A stretch of DNA of 64,000 bases from Deltaproteobacteria bacterium. GTDB taxonomy: Bacteria > Desulfobacterota > Deferrimicrobia > Deferrimicrobiales > Deferrimicrobiaceae. A program made the position numbers and the translations under genes. Where the stretch lies: assembly GCA_016218975.1 (NCBI GenBank), contig JACRCO010000053.1, forward strand, positions 15,523 to 79,522. The letters run 5' to 3'. The notes under the pieces were generated by a model. The model saw only the letters and a program-made list of their open reading frames with translations. It did not search any database and was not told where the DNA came from. Positions within the stretch are counted from its first letter, which is position 1, and each line of letters begins with the position of its first letter. Below, one piece after another: positions 8,717 through 18,126 of this stretch.

Positions 8717-10702
8717 TCATCGCTTTTCCGCGATATGGCATTCGTCGCAGGACCGGCCGGCGAAAGGCGCGTGCACATTTTCCTTGAAGAACTTGGGGTC
8801 CTTCGAAGCGTGCGGATCGTGGCAACTGCGGCAGTCGATCGCCGCCGGGTCTATATTCAGATGCGCCTTGCCGAAGGACGCATCCTTCACATTGTGGCAC
8901 TCGCCGCACAGCGCCTGCACGGGCTGCGACAGGAGAGCCGCCTGGCCGGAGTAGTGAGAGGCATGGCACCGCAGGCAGTCGCGTACGGCCGGGGAGTGGC
9001 CCTTTTCCTTCTGCATCTTCTCCTTCAGATTCCTGTGGCAGGTAAGGCACAGATCGGGAGATTCCACGAGCAGAAGCTTCGAAAGCTTCGACTTGTGCGG
9101 GCTGTGGCATTTTGTGCACTCTCCGCCCGATACCGGCTTATGCCCGCTTTTCCCGGCTTTCAACCCGTCCTTCAGGTCCGAGTGGCACTCGAAGCATACC
9201 TTGTCCTGCTTCGCGACGATCATCCCCGCGATGTTCGACGCGTGAGGATCGTGGCAGGTCAGGCATTCCCCGCCCTTGAAGGGGTCGTGGACCGTGCCCC
9301 CGGCGACCTCTTTCATCAGGTCTCCGTGGCAGTTCGCACAGAGGGCGGATCCGGCCTTGCGCACCAGTTTCTTTTCCTCCGATCCGTGCGCGAAGTGGCA
9401 CGCTGTGCAGTTGCCTATCATTACCGGCCGGTGGATGTTTCGCTTGAGGAAGTTCGACTCCGAGTCGGAGTGGCACCCGTAACAGACCTTGTCGGTCCGG
9501 TCTTTGAGGATCGCCGGAAGATCCGACCCGTGCGAATCGTGGCAGGATGCGCAATCCCCCTTGGCGAACGGCTCGTGCCGTGTTTTCGCTTTCTCAGCAG
9601 TCCTGACCTTCGCATGGCAGGAATAGCAAAGTTCCCCTACCCCTGCGGAAAGAAGTCCCTTGTTCTTCGCTGCGTGGGGCTTATGGCAGGAAAGGCACCC
9701 CTTCCCTTTATCGACCGCGGCGTGGGGCCTCGAAACCGTTTTCCCCTTTTCGGCGTGGCATTCCACGCAGAGCCCGTTCCCTTTCCTGGCAAGGAGTTTC
9801 GGGTTTACGGAAGAATGGGGATCGTGGCAGGATGTGCACTCGCCCTCCTTGAAGGGATTGTGCAGCACCGTTCCGTCCGCCTTCAGCTTCGCCTCGTCAT
9901 GGCACTGGTAGCAGAGCTTGCTCCCCTTCTCCGTCGCCGCGAAGGGCTTTTCGGACGTCGGTGACGGATGGCATGCATCACAGCTTTTTTCGACGACGGG
10001 GTTGTGGGCGCTCGCTTTCATCAGCTTCGGCCGGGAAGAGGAGTGCGGGTCGTGGCAACCTGTGCAGGAGGCGGACTCCACGGGATAGTTCCCGTGCGCT
10101 TTCCTGAATCCCCCCTTTCCCGCGTCGTGGCAGGAAAGGCAAAGAGGCGTCTTCGCCTTCACGAGCAGGTCGTTCTCGCCGGAGCCGTGCGGATTGTGGC
10201 AGGCGCGGCACCCCTCCTTTTCGAGCACGGCATGCTTCACATTCTGCGTGTACGCCTCTTTCTTGTGGCACTGGAAGCAGGCTTCCGATCCTTCCGCTTT
10301 CAGCAGGTGGCTTCCCTGGGAGGCGTGCGGGTTGTGGCAGGAGGTGCATTTGCCGGTTTTCAACGCCGTGTGGACCTTGGGGCGGTTCAACCCGACCTTT
10401 TCCTTCGCGTGGCATGCGTAGCAGATCTCGTTCCCTTCCTTTTTGAGGAGGAGCTTGGGGACGATCCCGTGACGAAGATGGCAGTCCTCGCACTTCCCCT
10501 GCTTGACGACGGCGTGGACGTCCTTCATCGAGAGATACTTGTCCGCGAACTTCTTGTGGCAATCGAGACATCCCTTCCGCTCGAACTTCCGTTGCTGCGC
10601 CCACGAGGAACCCTGGTGGAAAAGTGCCGCAGCCCCTCCAAGGAGCAGGAAAATTCCAAGGATGGTCAAAATCCTTTTTCGAAAGGCTGTCCTCATACGC
10701 AC
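8717..10702 (-). CDS. Multiheme cytochrome c, 26 CxxCH motifs
   Basis: 661-aa ORF with a signal peptide (RILTILGIFLLLGGAAALF). I counted 26 CxxCH motifs. It sits 14 bp upstream of the 16-heme gene. Confidence 0.9.
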   Translation of the reverse strand: MRMRTAFRKRILTILGIFLLLGGAAALFHQGSSWAQQRKFERKGCLDCHKKFADKYLSMKDVHAVVKQGKCEDCHLRHGIVPKLLLKKEGNEICYACHAKEKVGLNRPKVHTALKTGKCTSCHNPHASQGSHLLKAEGSEACFQCHKKEAYTQNVKHAVLEKEGCRACHNPHGSGENDLLVKAKTPLCLSCHDAGKGGFRKAHGNYPVESASCTGCHDPHSSSRPKLMKASAHNPVVEKSCDACHPSPTSEKPFAATEKGSKLCYQCHDEAKLKADGTVLHNPFKEGECTSCHDPHSSVNPKLLARKGNGLCVECHAEKGKTVSRPHAAVDKGKGCLSCHKPHAAKNKGLLSAGVGELCYSCHAKVRTAEKAKTRHEPFAKGDCASCHDSHGSDLPAILKDRTDKVCYGCHSDSESNFLKRNIHRPVMIGNCTACHFAHGSEEKKLVRKAGSALCANCHGDLMKEVAGGTVHDPFKGGECLTCHDPHASNIAGMIVAKQDKVCFECHSDLKDGLKAGKSGHKPVSGGECTKCHSPHKSKLSKLLLVESPDLCLTCHRNLKEKMQKEKGHSPAVRDCLRCHASHYSGQAALLSQPVQALCGECHNVKDASFGKAHLNIDPAAIDCRSCHDPHASKDPKFFKENVHAPFAGRSCDECHIAEKR

Positions 10703-10723
10703 TCCCGGGTCGATGGCGTTGCG

Positions 10724-12415
10724 CTACCTGGCGAGGGGTTTCACGATCCTGTCGAGCTTGTCGCCGGTGGCATAAATCTTCACTTCCGATGCCTTCCTCA
10801 GCTTCTCTTCCCAATCCCGAAGCGTCCGTTGGCGTTTATCGAGGAACAATTTCTGCCGGATGCCGTCTTTAACCGATTCGTATTTCTGCGGCTGCGGGGG
10901 AAAAACTTCACGGACGTACAACACGTAAGCGGGTCCTTCCGCTTCCGAATAAATCCGGAAATCCCCGCCGGTCGCCCCCGAGACCGCCTTTCGCGCTCCT
11001 TCCGGCAATTCCGTCACGATCATCGTCCCGCCGAATCGAAGCAGGTTTTCCGCCTTGGCCGGATCCACCCTGCCGTCGGCGTTCTCTTTCGTCCAAATGA
11101 AATCCGCGCCCTTCCGCAGCTTTTCGACAGCGTCCTCCGCATCCGCCCTCTTGTGAAAGGCGATGCTGTCCATCCGCATCATCTCCGGAGTCGTGTATTC
11201 CGCGATATGACCCTTCAGGTACTCCCTGATTTCCGCTTCGTCCACCTTGATTTCCGGGTCGATCGCTTTCCTGACGAACGTCCCGAACACCAGTTCGTTC
11301 CTGTAGCCATCGACCCGGGTCTTAAAAAACTCCGCCCGGTCCAGTTTTTTCAGTCTCGCCTCCTTGAGCGCGACCCGCCTTGCGAGGATCTCGTCGAGGA
11401 CAACAGGTTTCCTTTTGTTTATTTTCTTTTTCTCCGCCGCCTTTTCCGCACCGTGAAAGAATTTCCGCTGAAGCGCCGTCGTAAGGTCGGCCACCGTGAC
11501 GGGCGCCTCTCCCTTCACCTTCGCCACGACGCGCTTGTCCTCGAGCAGTTTTTCGAACCCCGGCTGAATCGAGTCGTAATCGAGGCCATCGAGGATCTTA
11601 CCGTTCACCTTCACATATTTTTTCTTGAGCTCTTCCGAGTATTTGCCGAGAACGACGACCCTTTTTGCCTTCAAGGCTTCCATTCCGGCCTTCTCTTTCG
11701 CCGCCGGATCGTCAGGGTAACGTACCCCCTCGAACTTGAGCATCGAGTAATGGTTCCCCACCTTTATCAGAGGGCTTATTTCGCCGGCCTTCATGGAAGA
11801 AACGGCGGCCGCCACATCGGGAGACAACGATTCGAATTTCATGTACCTGCCTTCCAGGCTCCCTTTCGCCTCTCCGGCGTCGAGCATCCGTTTCGCGGCG
11901 GATTCGAAATCCCTTCCGGACTTCACCTCGGCTTCCAGCCGCTTTCCTGTCTCCTCTTTCTCCATGAGCACGGACTTGACCTTGACCTCCTTGACTGTTT
12001 CGCGGTAAAGCCTGTCGATTTCCTTCTTGTCCCCCTTCTTCACGTTTTTAACCCGTTCTCCGTACAACATTCCTCTCAACGACTCTTCCTCGTAAGCCTT
12101 TACCGCCGCCGTCACCTCCGTCAATGAGTCCAGGCCTATATTCCGCGCTTCCTGCAGGATGAGCTTCGCGTTTATTATCCGTTCCAGTATCGCCGACGGG
12201 CTGGAGTGCGCCTTCGCCGAATTGTCGGACACTCCTTCGTGAATGGATGCAAGCACGTTGTAGAATTCATGGAGAGTGACCGGCTCGCCGTTGACCGAGG
12301 CAAGGGCTGGTTTTCCGCCGATTTCAGGCAGCTTCGGGTCTGCGGCGCCCCCTTCGATCGCGGCGAATGCCAGGAAACACACCACGATCGTCAACAGGAA
12401 ACATATTTTTCTCAT
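10724..12415 (-). CDS. SurA-N-domain periplasmic chaperone-like protein (SurA/PpiD family)
   Basis: ORF trimmed to ATG 12415 (MRKICFLLTIVVCFLAFAAIEG signal peptide). Lys/Glu-rich chaperone-like sequence with SurA-N-like motifs. No clear parvulin signature seen. Confidence 0.65.
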   Translation of the reverse strand: MRKICFLLTIVVCFLAFAAIEGGAADPKLPEIGGKPALASVNGEPVTLHEFYNVLASIHEGVSDNSAKAHSSPSAILERIINAKLILQEARNIGLDSLTEVTAAVKAYEEESLRGMLYGERVKNVKKGDKKEIDRLYRETVKEVKVKSVLMEKEETGKRLEAEVKSGRDFESAAKRMLDAGEAKGSLEGRYMKFESLSPDVAAAVSSMKAGEISPLIKVGNHYSMLKFEGVRYPDDPAAKEKAGMEALKAKRVVVLGKYSEELKKKYVKVNGKILDGLDYDSIQPGFEKLLEDKRVVAKVKGEAPVTVADLTTALQRKFFHGAEKAAEKKKINKRKPVVLDEILARRVALKEARLKKLDRAEFFKTRVDGYRNELVFGTFVRKAIDPEIKVDEAEIREYLKGHIAEYTTPEMMRMDSIAFHKRADAEDAVEKLRKGADFIWTKENADGRVDPAKAENLLRFGGTMIVTELPEGARKAVSGATGGDFRIYSEAEGPAYVLYVREVFPPQPQKYESVKDGIRQKLFLDKRQRTLRDWEEKLRKASEVKIYATGDKLDRIVKPLAR

Positions 12416-12494
12416 GTCATTGCCTTCCGTGGGATACCCGGGATTGTCGACTGTGTGCATTTTAACAAAGAATGATTCTCGGTATTGAAATAAA

Positions 12495-12539
12495 TTCTTC
12501 GGAAAATAAATATTTCACCCGGATCAGCGACGCTCCGGG
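12495..12539 (-). terminator. Rho-independent terminator candidate after the lipoprotein gene
   Basis: Minus-sense CCCGGAGCGUCGCUGAUCCGGG hairpin (plus 12518..12539) followed by U-rich UGAAAUAUUUAUUUUCC. Confidence 0.4.
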
Positions 12540-12541
12540 CT

Positions 12542-13708
12542 TCAGAAAGTTTCCGCCGCATTCCCGTCCTCGTCCATCATCCTCTCGACCACGGCGCGCG
12601 TCATGCCGGATGCCAGCGCATATGCGGTATTGACTCTCCCCTGGTTGAAGAAGATCACCCGGTCGTCGCCGCGGTTGAAACTTATCGACGACCATACGAC
12701 CTGCCTTGTTTTCGTGTCGTATATGCGGACCGTAAAGTTAACCTTCGGATTCCCTCCCGGGCCGCTATAATCGTCGTACTCGTAAACGTTACCCGACATG
12801 ACCAGATCGACACCGAGCATTTCACGCAGCAGGTCCGCCTGGGGGATGGACAGGCCCCCTTCCATGATCGTCCTCGACATGAGCAATGCCTGCCTCACCA
12901 CACCTGGCTCCGAAACTTCGAAAGATCCATGCTCCGAAAGTCTTCTCACCAAATGCAGGGCCATGATGTCGCCTGCGTTTCTCCGTGTGCTGTCGTTCGC
13001 AAGGGGAAGGACGGCGATCGACTTTTTTTCTCCTTCGAATGCACGGTTCCCGAGTCCCCTGAAGATATCCTTCGGCCGATACTTGTCCATCTCCTCTTCA
13101 TGCTTTTCAAGGGCTAACGCGCCTTGCGGAACGCTTCGCGGATTTTTTCCCGCAAGCCGATCCGCAAGTGAATCGACGACTTCGTCCCTGACCTTGTTCC
13201 ACAGCGCCCATGGATCATTGATCATGCCGAGAAGAAGGAAGCCCGGAGCATCGTTTCCCGCCATCGCCACGCCTTCCATCCAGAGGACCGCCGGCATCCC
13301 TGCGGTGGAAACCAGCCTCGCCGTCAAGGCCATTTTCGGCGGCGCCGCCTCATCGTATTGGTCGAGCGAGACGAAAAGGACGGCTTTCGTCCCTGTCTCG
13401 GAAAGGAAATCCTTTCCAAGGGCTTCGGTCAGCCCGCCGGCGTACCGGACCCGGTGCCTCTCCATGAATTTTTCCATCGAATCGTCATCCAGGAGAAGGA
13501 AGCCTTTCGACCGCAATCCCTCCTTCAGGGATTTCTCGATCCCCTTGAGCGGAACGGACGTTCCCGACAGGTTTTCCATCGGCATTACCGCAATCCGGAA
13601 GTCGCCGGCGGGGGCTCCCGTTTTCACGGGAGAAGCGGCGCAACCCGAAAACGCAAGCAACCCGATGAATATGACGACGGGGTATTTACTTGCCGAAAAG
13701 TTTGTCAA
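12542..13708 (-). CDS. Two-domain lipoprotein, CsgG/LpoB/DUF799-superfamily-like, tandem internal duplication
   Basis: Signal peptide plus Cys (LLAFSGCAAS). Two copies of the module IAVMPMENLSGT / IAVLPLANDST ... VDLVMSGNVYEY ... TRQVVW. Confidence 0.7.
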   Translation of the reverse strand: MTNFSASKYPVVIFIGLLAFSGCAASPVKTGAPAGDFRIAVMPMENLSGTSVPLKGIEKSLKEGLRSKGFLLLDDDSMEKFMERHRVRYAGGLTEALGKDFLSETGTKAVLFVSLDQYDEAAPPKMALTARLVSTAGMPAVLWMEGVAMAGNDAPGFLLLGMINDPWALWNKVRDEVVDSLADRLAGKNPRSVPQGALALEKHEEEMDKYRPKDIFRGLGNRAFEGEKKSIAVLPLANDSTRRNAGDIMALHLVRRLSEHGSFEVSEPGVVRQALLMSRTIMEGGLSIPQADLLREMLGVDLVMSGNVYEYDDYSGPGGNPKVNFTVRIYDTKTRQVVWSSISFNRGDDRVIFFNQGRVNTAYALASGMTRAVVERMMDEDGNAAETF

Positions 13709-14267
13709 GCAGTTCTTCCACCGCCTTCTGCGTCACGAAATTCATCGGTTCTCCGCCCCCGCCGAAAAGGCGGTCCGCCGTCGTCACCCCCCCCTTGGTG
13801 GTCGCCGCCGTCCAGACCACCTTTCCCGTCTGCGCTTCCATCATCTGGAGGCTCACCGAGATGACGTTCGCACTTGTCGATCCGGACCTCACTTCGCCGT
13901 ATTCCGAGACCGTTCCGGTTATCACCACGTCCGCGTTCAGGTTCTTGGCGAACTTGACGATCTCCTCGGCGGTGGGCGTCGCCGGACGCTCCACATTGGC
14001 CCGGGAAATTCCGCGCGACACTTCCCCGGGAGGGATGACGTAGAGGCCGCCCGTCGCCTGGAGCATCGTCATGAAGACGTCGCGCACCCTGTCGGCCGCA
14101 AGCTGCTCCCTCGTAAGGTTCGTGAACGGCAGGACGGCCACGGCCTGGATGGATCCGAAATCCATGTTCGGATCCCGGAACACGTTATGCGACGTCCCGG
14201 CGCACCCCGTCGCGACGAGCAGAAACAGAAAGACCGCCCTCAGGCGCCGCATCGGCTTTTCTTTCAT
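13686..14267 (-). CDS. Lipoprotein, CsgG/LpoB/DUF799-superfamily-like
   Basis: MKEKPMRRLRAVFLFLLVATGCAGT lipoprotein signal. Hallmark AVAVLPFTNLT...ADVVITGTVSEY...TGKVVW. Confidence 0.7.
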   Translation of the reverse strand: MKEKPMRRLRAVFLFLLVATGCAGTSHNVFRDPNMDFGSIQAVAVLPFTNLTREQLAADRVRDVFMTMLQATGGLYVIPPGEVSRGISRANVERPATPTAEEIVKFAKNLNADVVITGTVSEYGEVRSGSTSANVISVSLQMMEAQTGKVVWTAATTKGGVTTADRLFGGGGEPMNFVTQKAVEELLDKLFGK

Positions 14268-14335
14268 GATCCGGGTCCTCCCCCCATTAATATTACACTG
14301 CCCGCCTCAGGCCGGCCCGCATTCATCATGCGGGT

Positions 14336-16525
14336 TTAGAACCCCACATGGAACGTCCCGCCGTATGACTTCGTTGCGGTGGACAGCGCAGGACCTACGG
14401 TCTTCAGGTCCTGGTATGAAATGTCGAGGTACGATCGCGACGAGATGTTCCATCGCAAGCTCGGGATGACGGACCTCTCCCGCGAGTTGTCCTCCGGCCG
14501 TACGGTTTCGTTGTAAAAGAAGTTCAGGTGCAATGTCCCGTCCGGGAACGGCGCCCAGTTGGCGGTGTAGTTCCTGATGCGCCTGTCGCTTTTTTCGCCC
14601 CCCTCGTCCCGGTGCTCTATCCGGTAGGAACCGAACAAATAAATGGTCCGGACGGGCGTCAACCCCGCATTGGCCTCCCACGACCGGGTGATGTCCTTCC
14701 TTTCGCCGATCGTCTCCCCGCCTTTCGTTTTCGCCGAGGAATCGGTGAAGCCCAGGTTGAAGACGGCAACCGGATGCGGAACCAGGGTCGCGCTCGCGTT
14801 GACCTGGGTCTGGTCCGTCCTCCTCCCCGTGCCCGAAATCGACCGGCTCGCCCCTCCTCCGAGGTTCGCGTCGATCCCTTCGTACAATCTTGCGCTGTTG
14901 TAGAGATACAGGGAATTGGCGGTGCTGTTGCTTCCCGCCGTCGTTTCATCGCTTCCGCTGAAGACCAGGCTGTGCCGCAGCGTATCGTAGGGCACTGCCG
15001 CCACCGAGGCGGTGTACAAGTAGGCTACCCTGGTGCCCGCCCTCTCCTTTCCGTCTTCACGCGAAATCCGCGCCCTCCCCGAGAATACCCTCGAGTACTG
15101 CTGCTGGTACGCCAGCCCGTTGGAAACCGTGTAGATGGACGGGGACGGCTCCGCCTTTCTCAAAAAATAGGAAAACTCGTGGTAAAGGGAGGGCGAATCG
15201 AGGATCCGGGTCCGGATATCCAGGTTGTACAGGTGAGAGGTCGAGACGGTTTTGCCCGTGATTTCGGACGCCGGCCTTCGGACTTCCGCCTGGAGCTCCG
15301 TGACCAGGATATCCGGGAACCTGGTGGCGTTCGGTGTCGCAAGCGACAGGGGCGAGACGACAACCTTGATGAACCGCGCCGTGACGTTTAAGAAACGTAT
15401 CTCGAACCGCTGGAGAAAGGCGTTGAACGTCGCGGGAGAAACGGTCTGGCGCAATACCCAGTCCTGGTTGTTGGAACTGGTATAGATCCTCCAGGAAAAC
15501 GAGTCGGCGACCTCGGCGGCGTCCTGGCCGCCCGCAACGACCGTCACGAGCATGGTGTTGACTTCCGTATCGGCGCCGAAGTCCAGTCCCATGTTCCTCT
15601 GATTCGCATCTTCGCCCGCGGACGGGAGGCCGAGATCGATTCCGGCGCTTGCGACCAGGTCGCCGTTGGTGAGGAGCGTATTCGTTTCGAGCCGGACGTT
15701 TTCCGGGGTATTGCTTATGCCGGACAGGCCCGTTGCGAAGAAGATGCGGAACCCCACTTCCCCACCACCGCCGACGGCGGTTCTCACTTCATCGCGAACG
15801 AAGCTGTAATCGGAATTCACGGAAACGCGGCGCTGCCACAACCGGTCGGAATACACGATCTTCCCCGTATGGTTTACGTCTTCGACGGTCGTGTCGGTCA
15901 GGCGGTCCTCGCGGTCCCCCACGGAAAGCTGGTAGCGCAGGAACAGCGGGGTGACCGGACGGTATTGGGAAGTAACCCCGAACCGGCTGTCGGTCGTGTC
16001 CGTGACCCGGCGTTCCTTGTCGAAATTGTCGGTCCGGAAATACTCAAGCTTGACGTCGGGAAACCCGTCCGGCTTCCACTGGAACGCGGAAGACCAGGTT
16101 TCCCTCACCGTCGCGAACGGCGCAAGCCCGGAAGTCTTCCGTTTCTCCTCGCTTCGGTTGTATCCCGCGTCGGCGGAATAGAGCGGGGTGCGGAAATTGA
16201 GGCCGACGAACGGCCTGATGCGGGTGCTCGTCGAATCGGTCTCCACACCGCCCGATTCGAAAGCCGAATCCTGCTTCTCGAACAAACCTCCCGCAAGAAG
16301 TCCCAGGTTGGGATAGATCTTTCTGTCCAGGGTGATGCTGTACTTTTGCGTGAAGGAATCGGCGCTTGTCCTGGCGGACTGGCCCGCGGCATCCACGTTC
16401 GTGGTGTCGGTCCTGTTGATGCCGGCCTCGAGGTACCCGCTCAAGCCCTCAGCCGAGCACGTTCCGGCGATGAGACCAGAGACAGCCATCAGCGAAAGGA
16501 AAACAAGGAGGGCGCGCGATTCCAC
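14336..16525 (-). CDS. Predicted outer-membrane beta-barrel protein (about 730 aa), start probably GTG 16525
   Basis: C-terminal ...SYGGTFHVGF ends in an aromatic residue, as in OMP barrels. Signal peptide RALLVFLSLMAVSGLIAGTCSA. Ser/Thr/Asp/Arg-rich alternating-strand composition. The ATG at 16606 would overlap the upstream gene by 76 nt. GTG 16525 has a GGGGGAG RBS and lies 5 nt after the upstream stop. Confidence 0.6.
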   Translation of the reverse strand: MESRALLVFLSLMAVSGLIAGTCSAEGLSGYLEAGINRTDTTNVDAAGQSARTSADSFTQKYSITLDRKIYPNLGLLAGGLFEKQDSAFESGGVETDSTSTRIRPFVGLNFRTPLYSADAGYNRSEEKRKTSGLAPFATVRETWSSAFQWKPDGFPDVKLEYFRTDNFDKERRVTDTTDSRFGVTSQYRPVTPLFLRYQLSVGDREDRLTDTTVEDVNHTGKIVYSDRLWQRRVSVNSDYSFVRDEVRTAVGGGGEVGFRIFFATGLSGISNTPENVRLETNTLLTNGDLVASAGIDLGLPSAGEDANQRNMGLDFGADTEVNTMLVTVVAGGQDAAEVADSFSWRIYTSSNNQDWVLRQTVSPATFNAFLQRFEIRFLNVTARFIKVVVSPLSLATPNATRFPDILVTELQAEVRRPASEITGKTVSTSHLYNLDIRTRILDSPSLYHEFSYFLRKAEPSPSIYTVSNGLAYQQQYSRVFSGRARISREDGKERAGTRVAYLYTASVAAVPYDTLRHSLVFSGSDETTAGSNSTANSLYLYNSARLYEGIDANLGGGASRSISGTGRRTDQTQVNASATLVPHPVAVFNLGFTDSSAKTKGGETIGERKDITRSWEANAGLTPVRTIYLFGSYRIEHRDEGGEKSDRRIRNYTANWAPFPDGTLHLNFFYNETVRPEDNSRERSVIPSLRWNISSRSYLDISYQDLKTVGPALSTATKSYGGTFHVGF

Positions 16526-16529
16526 AACG

Positions 16530-17966
16530 CTACTTCTCCCCCATGACCGCCGCCTGGTAAGGGTCTTCGCCGACGTCGATCTCCGCCGCCGTCCCCTTCC
16601 CGACAAGCTGCAAAATCCTGAGGCGGCCGCTCTCAGGGAGTACGGAAAGGAGCCTGTTCCCGTCCCCGTCGATCGTCATGTACGACACTTCGCCTGCCCC
16701 CTGCAGGAAATCGACGGGAAGGAAGGAAAACGGATCGAAGACGTCTATTTCGCCGGTGAACCGTTTCGCAAGGTACACGAGGTCCGTGCGCTGGTCGACT
16801 TTAAGGGCGGCTCCGCCGGCGCCTACGTTGATCCTTCGCACGGTAGACAAGGTAAGCGGATCCACGACGGTCAAAAAGGGGGAATCCCGGTGGAGCACGT
16901 AGAGACGGCTTCCTGCCCTGTTGAACTGTCCCCTCACCGGCCCCGACTCGGTGGCGACCGTCGCCGCGACCGCTTCCGCTGCGATGTCGATGACCGATAT
17001 GCTGTTGGCAATCGCACTGAAGACATACGCCTTTCTTCCGTTGCGGTCGATCAGGATGGACTGCGGCCCCGCTCCGACCTGCAATCTCTTCCTCTCTATC
17101 AAGGACGCGCTATCGATAATGCTCACCGTGTTGGAGCCGTTGTTCGCGGAGAGCAGCGTCTTTCCGTCGGGGGTCAGCGCCAGCTCCTGCGGGTTGTCCC
17201 CCGCGGTCAGCCGCTGCCGGTCGATGACGGCTGCCTCGAGCAGGTCGACGGCTTCGACCGCGTCCTCCCCCTGGAGCGCGACATATGCCTTTCGGGAAGC
17301 CGGATCGACCACGATCCCCGCCGGAGATGCGCCGGTCGGTATGACACCTATTACCTGGCCGGTGTTCTTGTCGAACATCGTTACGGCGTTCTCCCGGCGG
17401 CCGGTAACAAGACCGATTGTCCCTATAGGGATTTTCCCGGGGACCGCCCCGGTAAACGAAGGAGCGAAACGGAACCCCTCCCGGACGGACTCCGCGTAAA
17501 GAAAACGCAATGCAAGCACCGTCGCTTTCTTCCCGGCCACGGCGAAGGGCATCGGGACCCGGGGTGAATCCTCAACCGGTTTGAGCGCAGTTTCTCCTTC
17601 CTCCCCCATGAGAGTCGCGCTCTTTAGCTGTAGAGTGAACCCCTCGTACTGTCCGGGAGGCATATCCCCCGATGCGAGGAGCCTCTCCCTTTTCATTTCC
17701 CTGCCGCTTAGATCTTTCACGTGGAGAGTGAGAGGAACCGTTCCTCCTCCCTGGCGCACGGCGGAAATCCCTTCCAGTCGAAAGGAGAGCCTGCCGGCGT
17801 CCTGGGGAAAGGTCTGGAGATATATGTACAGCGCCCCAGAATCGCCCAGTGGCGGTTTCACCAGTGACGGTCTGGGCTGGCAGGAGGAAAAGACCAGGGA
17901 AAGGGCGACCAGGGCCGCCGGGAGAGCCGCGAATCCATTCCGCCGCCCGGATCCGTTCTCCGTCAT
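16530..17966 (-). CDS. YVTN-family beta-propeller repeat lipoprotein
   Basis: Signal plus Cys (LVFSSCQ). Repeated ~40-aa blades (KAYVALQGEDAVEAVDL, GKTLLSANNGSNTVSIID, RKAYVFSAIANSISVIDI, SRLYVLHRDSPFLTVVD). Confidence 0.75.
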   Translation of the reverse strand: MTENGSGRRNGFAALPAALVALSLVFSSCQPRPSLVKPPLGDSGALYIYLQTFPQDAGRLSFRLEGISAVRQGGGTVPLTLHVKDLSGREMKRERLLASGDMPPGQYEGFTLQLKSATLMGEEGETALKPVEDSPRVPMPFAVAGKKATVLALRFLYAESVREGFRFAPSFTGAVPGKIPIGTIGLVTGRRENAVTMFDKNTGQVIGVIPTGASPAGIVVDPASRKAYVALQGEDAVEAVDLLEAAVIDRQRLTAGDNPQELALTPDGKTLLSANNGSNTVSIIDSASLIERKRLQVGAGPQSILIDRNGRKAYVFSAIANSISVIDIAAEAVAATVATESGPVRGQFNRAGSRLYVLHRDSPFLTVVDPLTLSTVRRINVGAGGAALKVDQRTDLVYLAKRFTGEIDVFDPFSFLPVDFLQGAGEVSYMTIDGDGNRLLSVLPESGRLRILQLVGKGTAAEIDVGEDPYQAAVMGEK

Positions 17967-18035
17967 GATCGTCTTCCCTTTCCTCGTACGGGTAATTCGA
18001 ATGCCGATGCGATGCTCCAGGCCATTCTATCGAAT

Positions 18036-18077
18036 CAAGAAAAAGGGAAGGGGGCCTTTTTGCATGCTGGCCCCCTT
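18036..18077 (-). terminator. Rho-independent terminator after the OmcS-family gene
   Basis: Minus-sense GGGGGCC-agcaugcaaaaa-GGCCCCC hairpin followed by UUCCCUUUUUCUUG. Confidence 0.65.
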
Positions 18078-18126
18078 CCCCGGTTTACTTCAGCCGGACA
18101 AGACGATTCCGGCTACACGATCGACA

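Noticed and set aside
7718-12127. Long plus-strand ORFs (7718..9964 at 748 aa, 9968..12127 at 719 aa) and many others on the plus strand (1194..2144, 12798..14339, 17581..19365, 28318..30861, 50731..53295 and similar)
   Set aside because: They are antisense to the minus-strand cytochrome and other genes. High GC keeps these shadow frames open. Their translations carry the reverse-complement signature of CxxCH codons (repeated ..CG(L/S)WQ.. motifs). They have no RBS or start context and low-complexity Arg/Gly/Pro-rich sequence.
14336-16606. ATG 16606 as start of the barrel protein
   Set aside because: It would overlap the upstream YVTN gene by 76 nt. The N-terminal 27 residues are Arg-rich and non-signal-like. 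GTG 16525 with a GGGGGAG RBS gives a canonical signal peptide.
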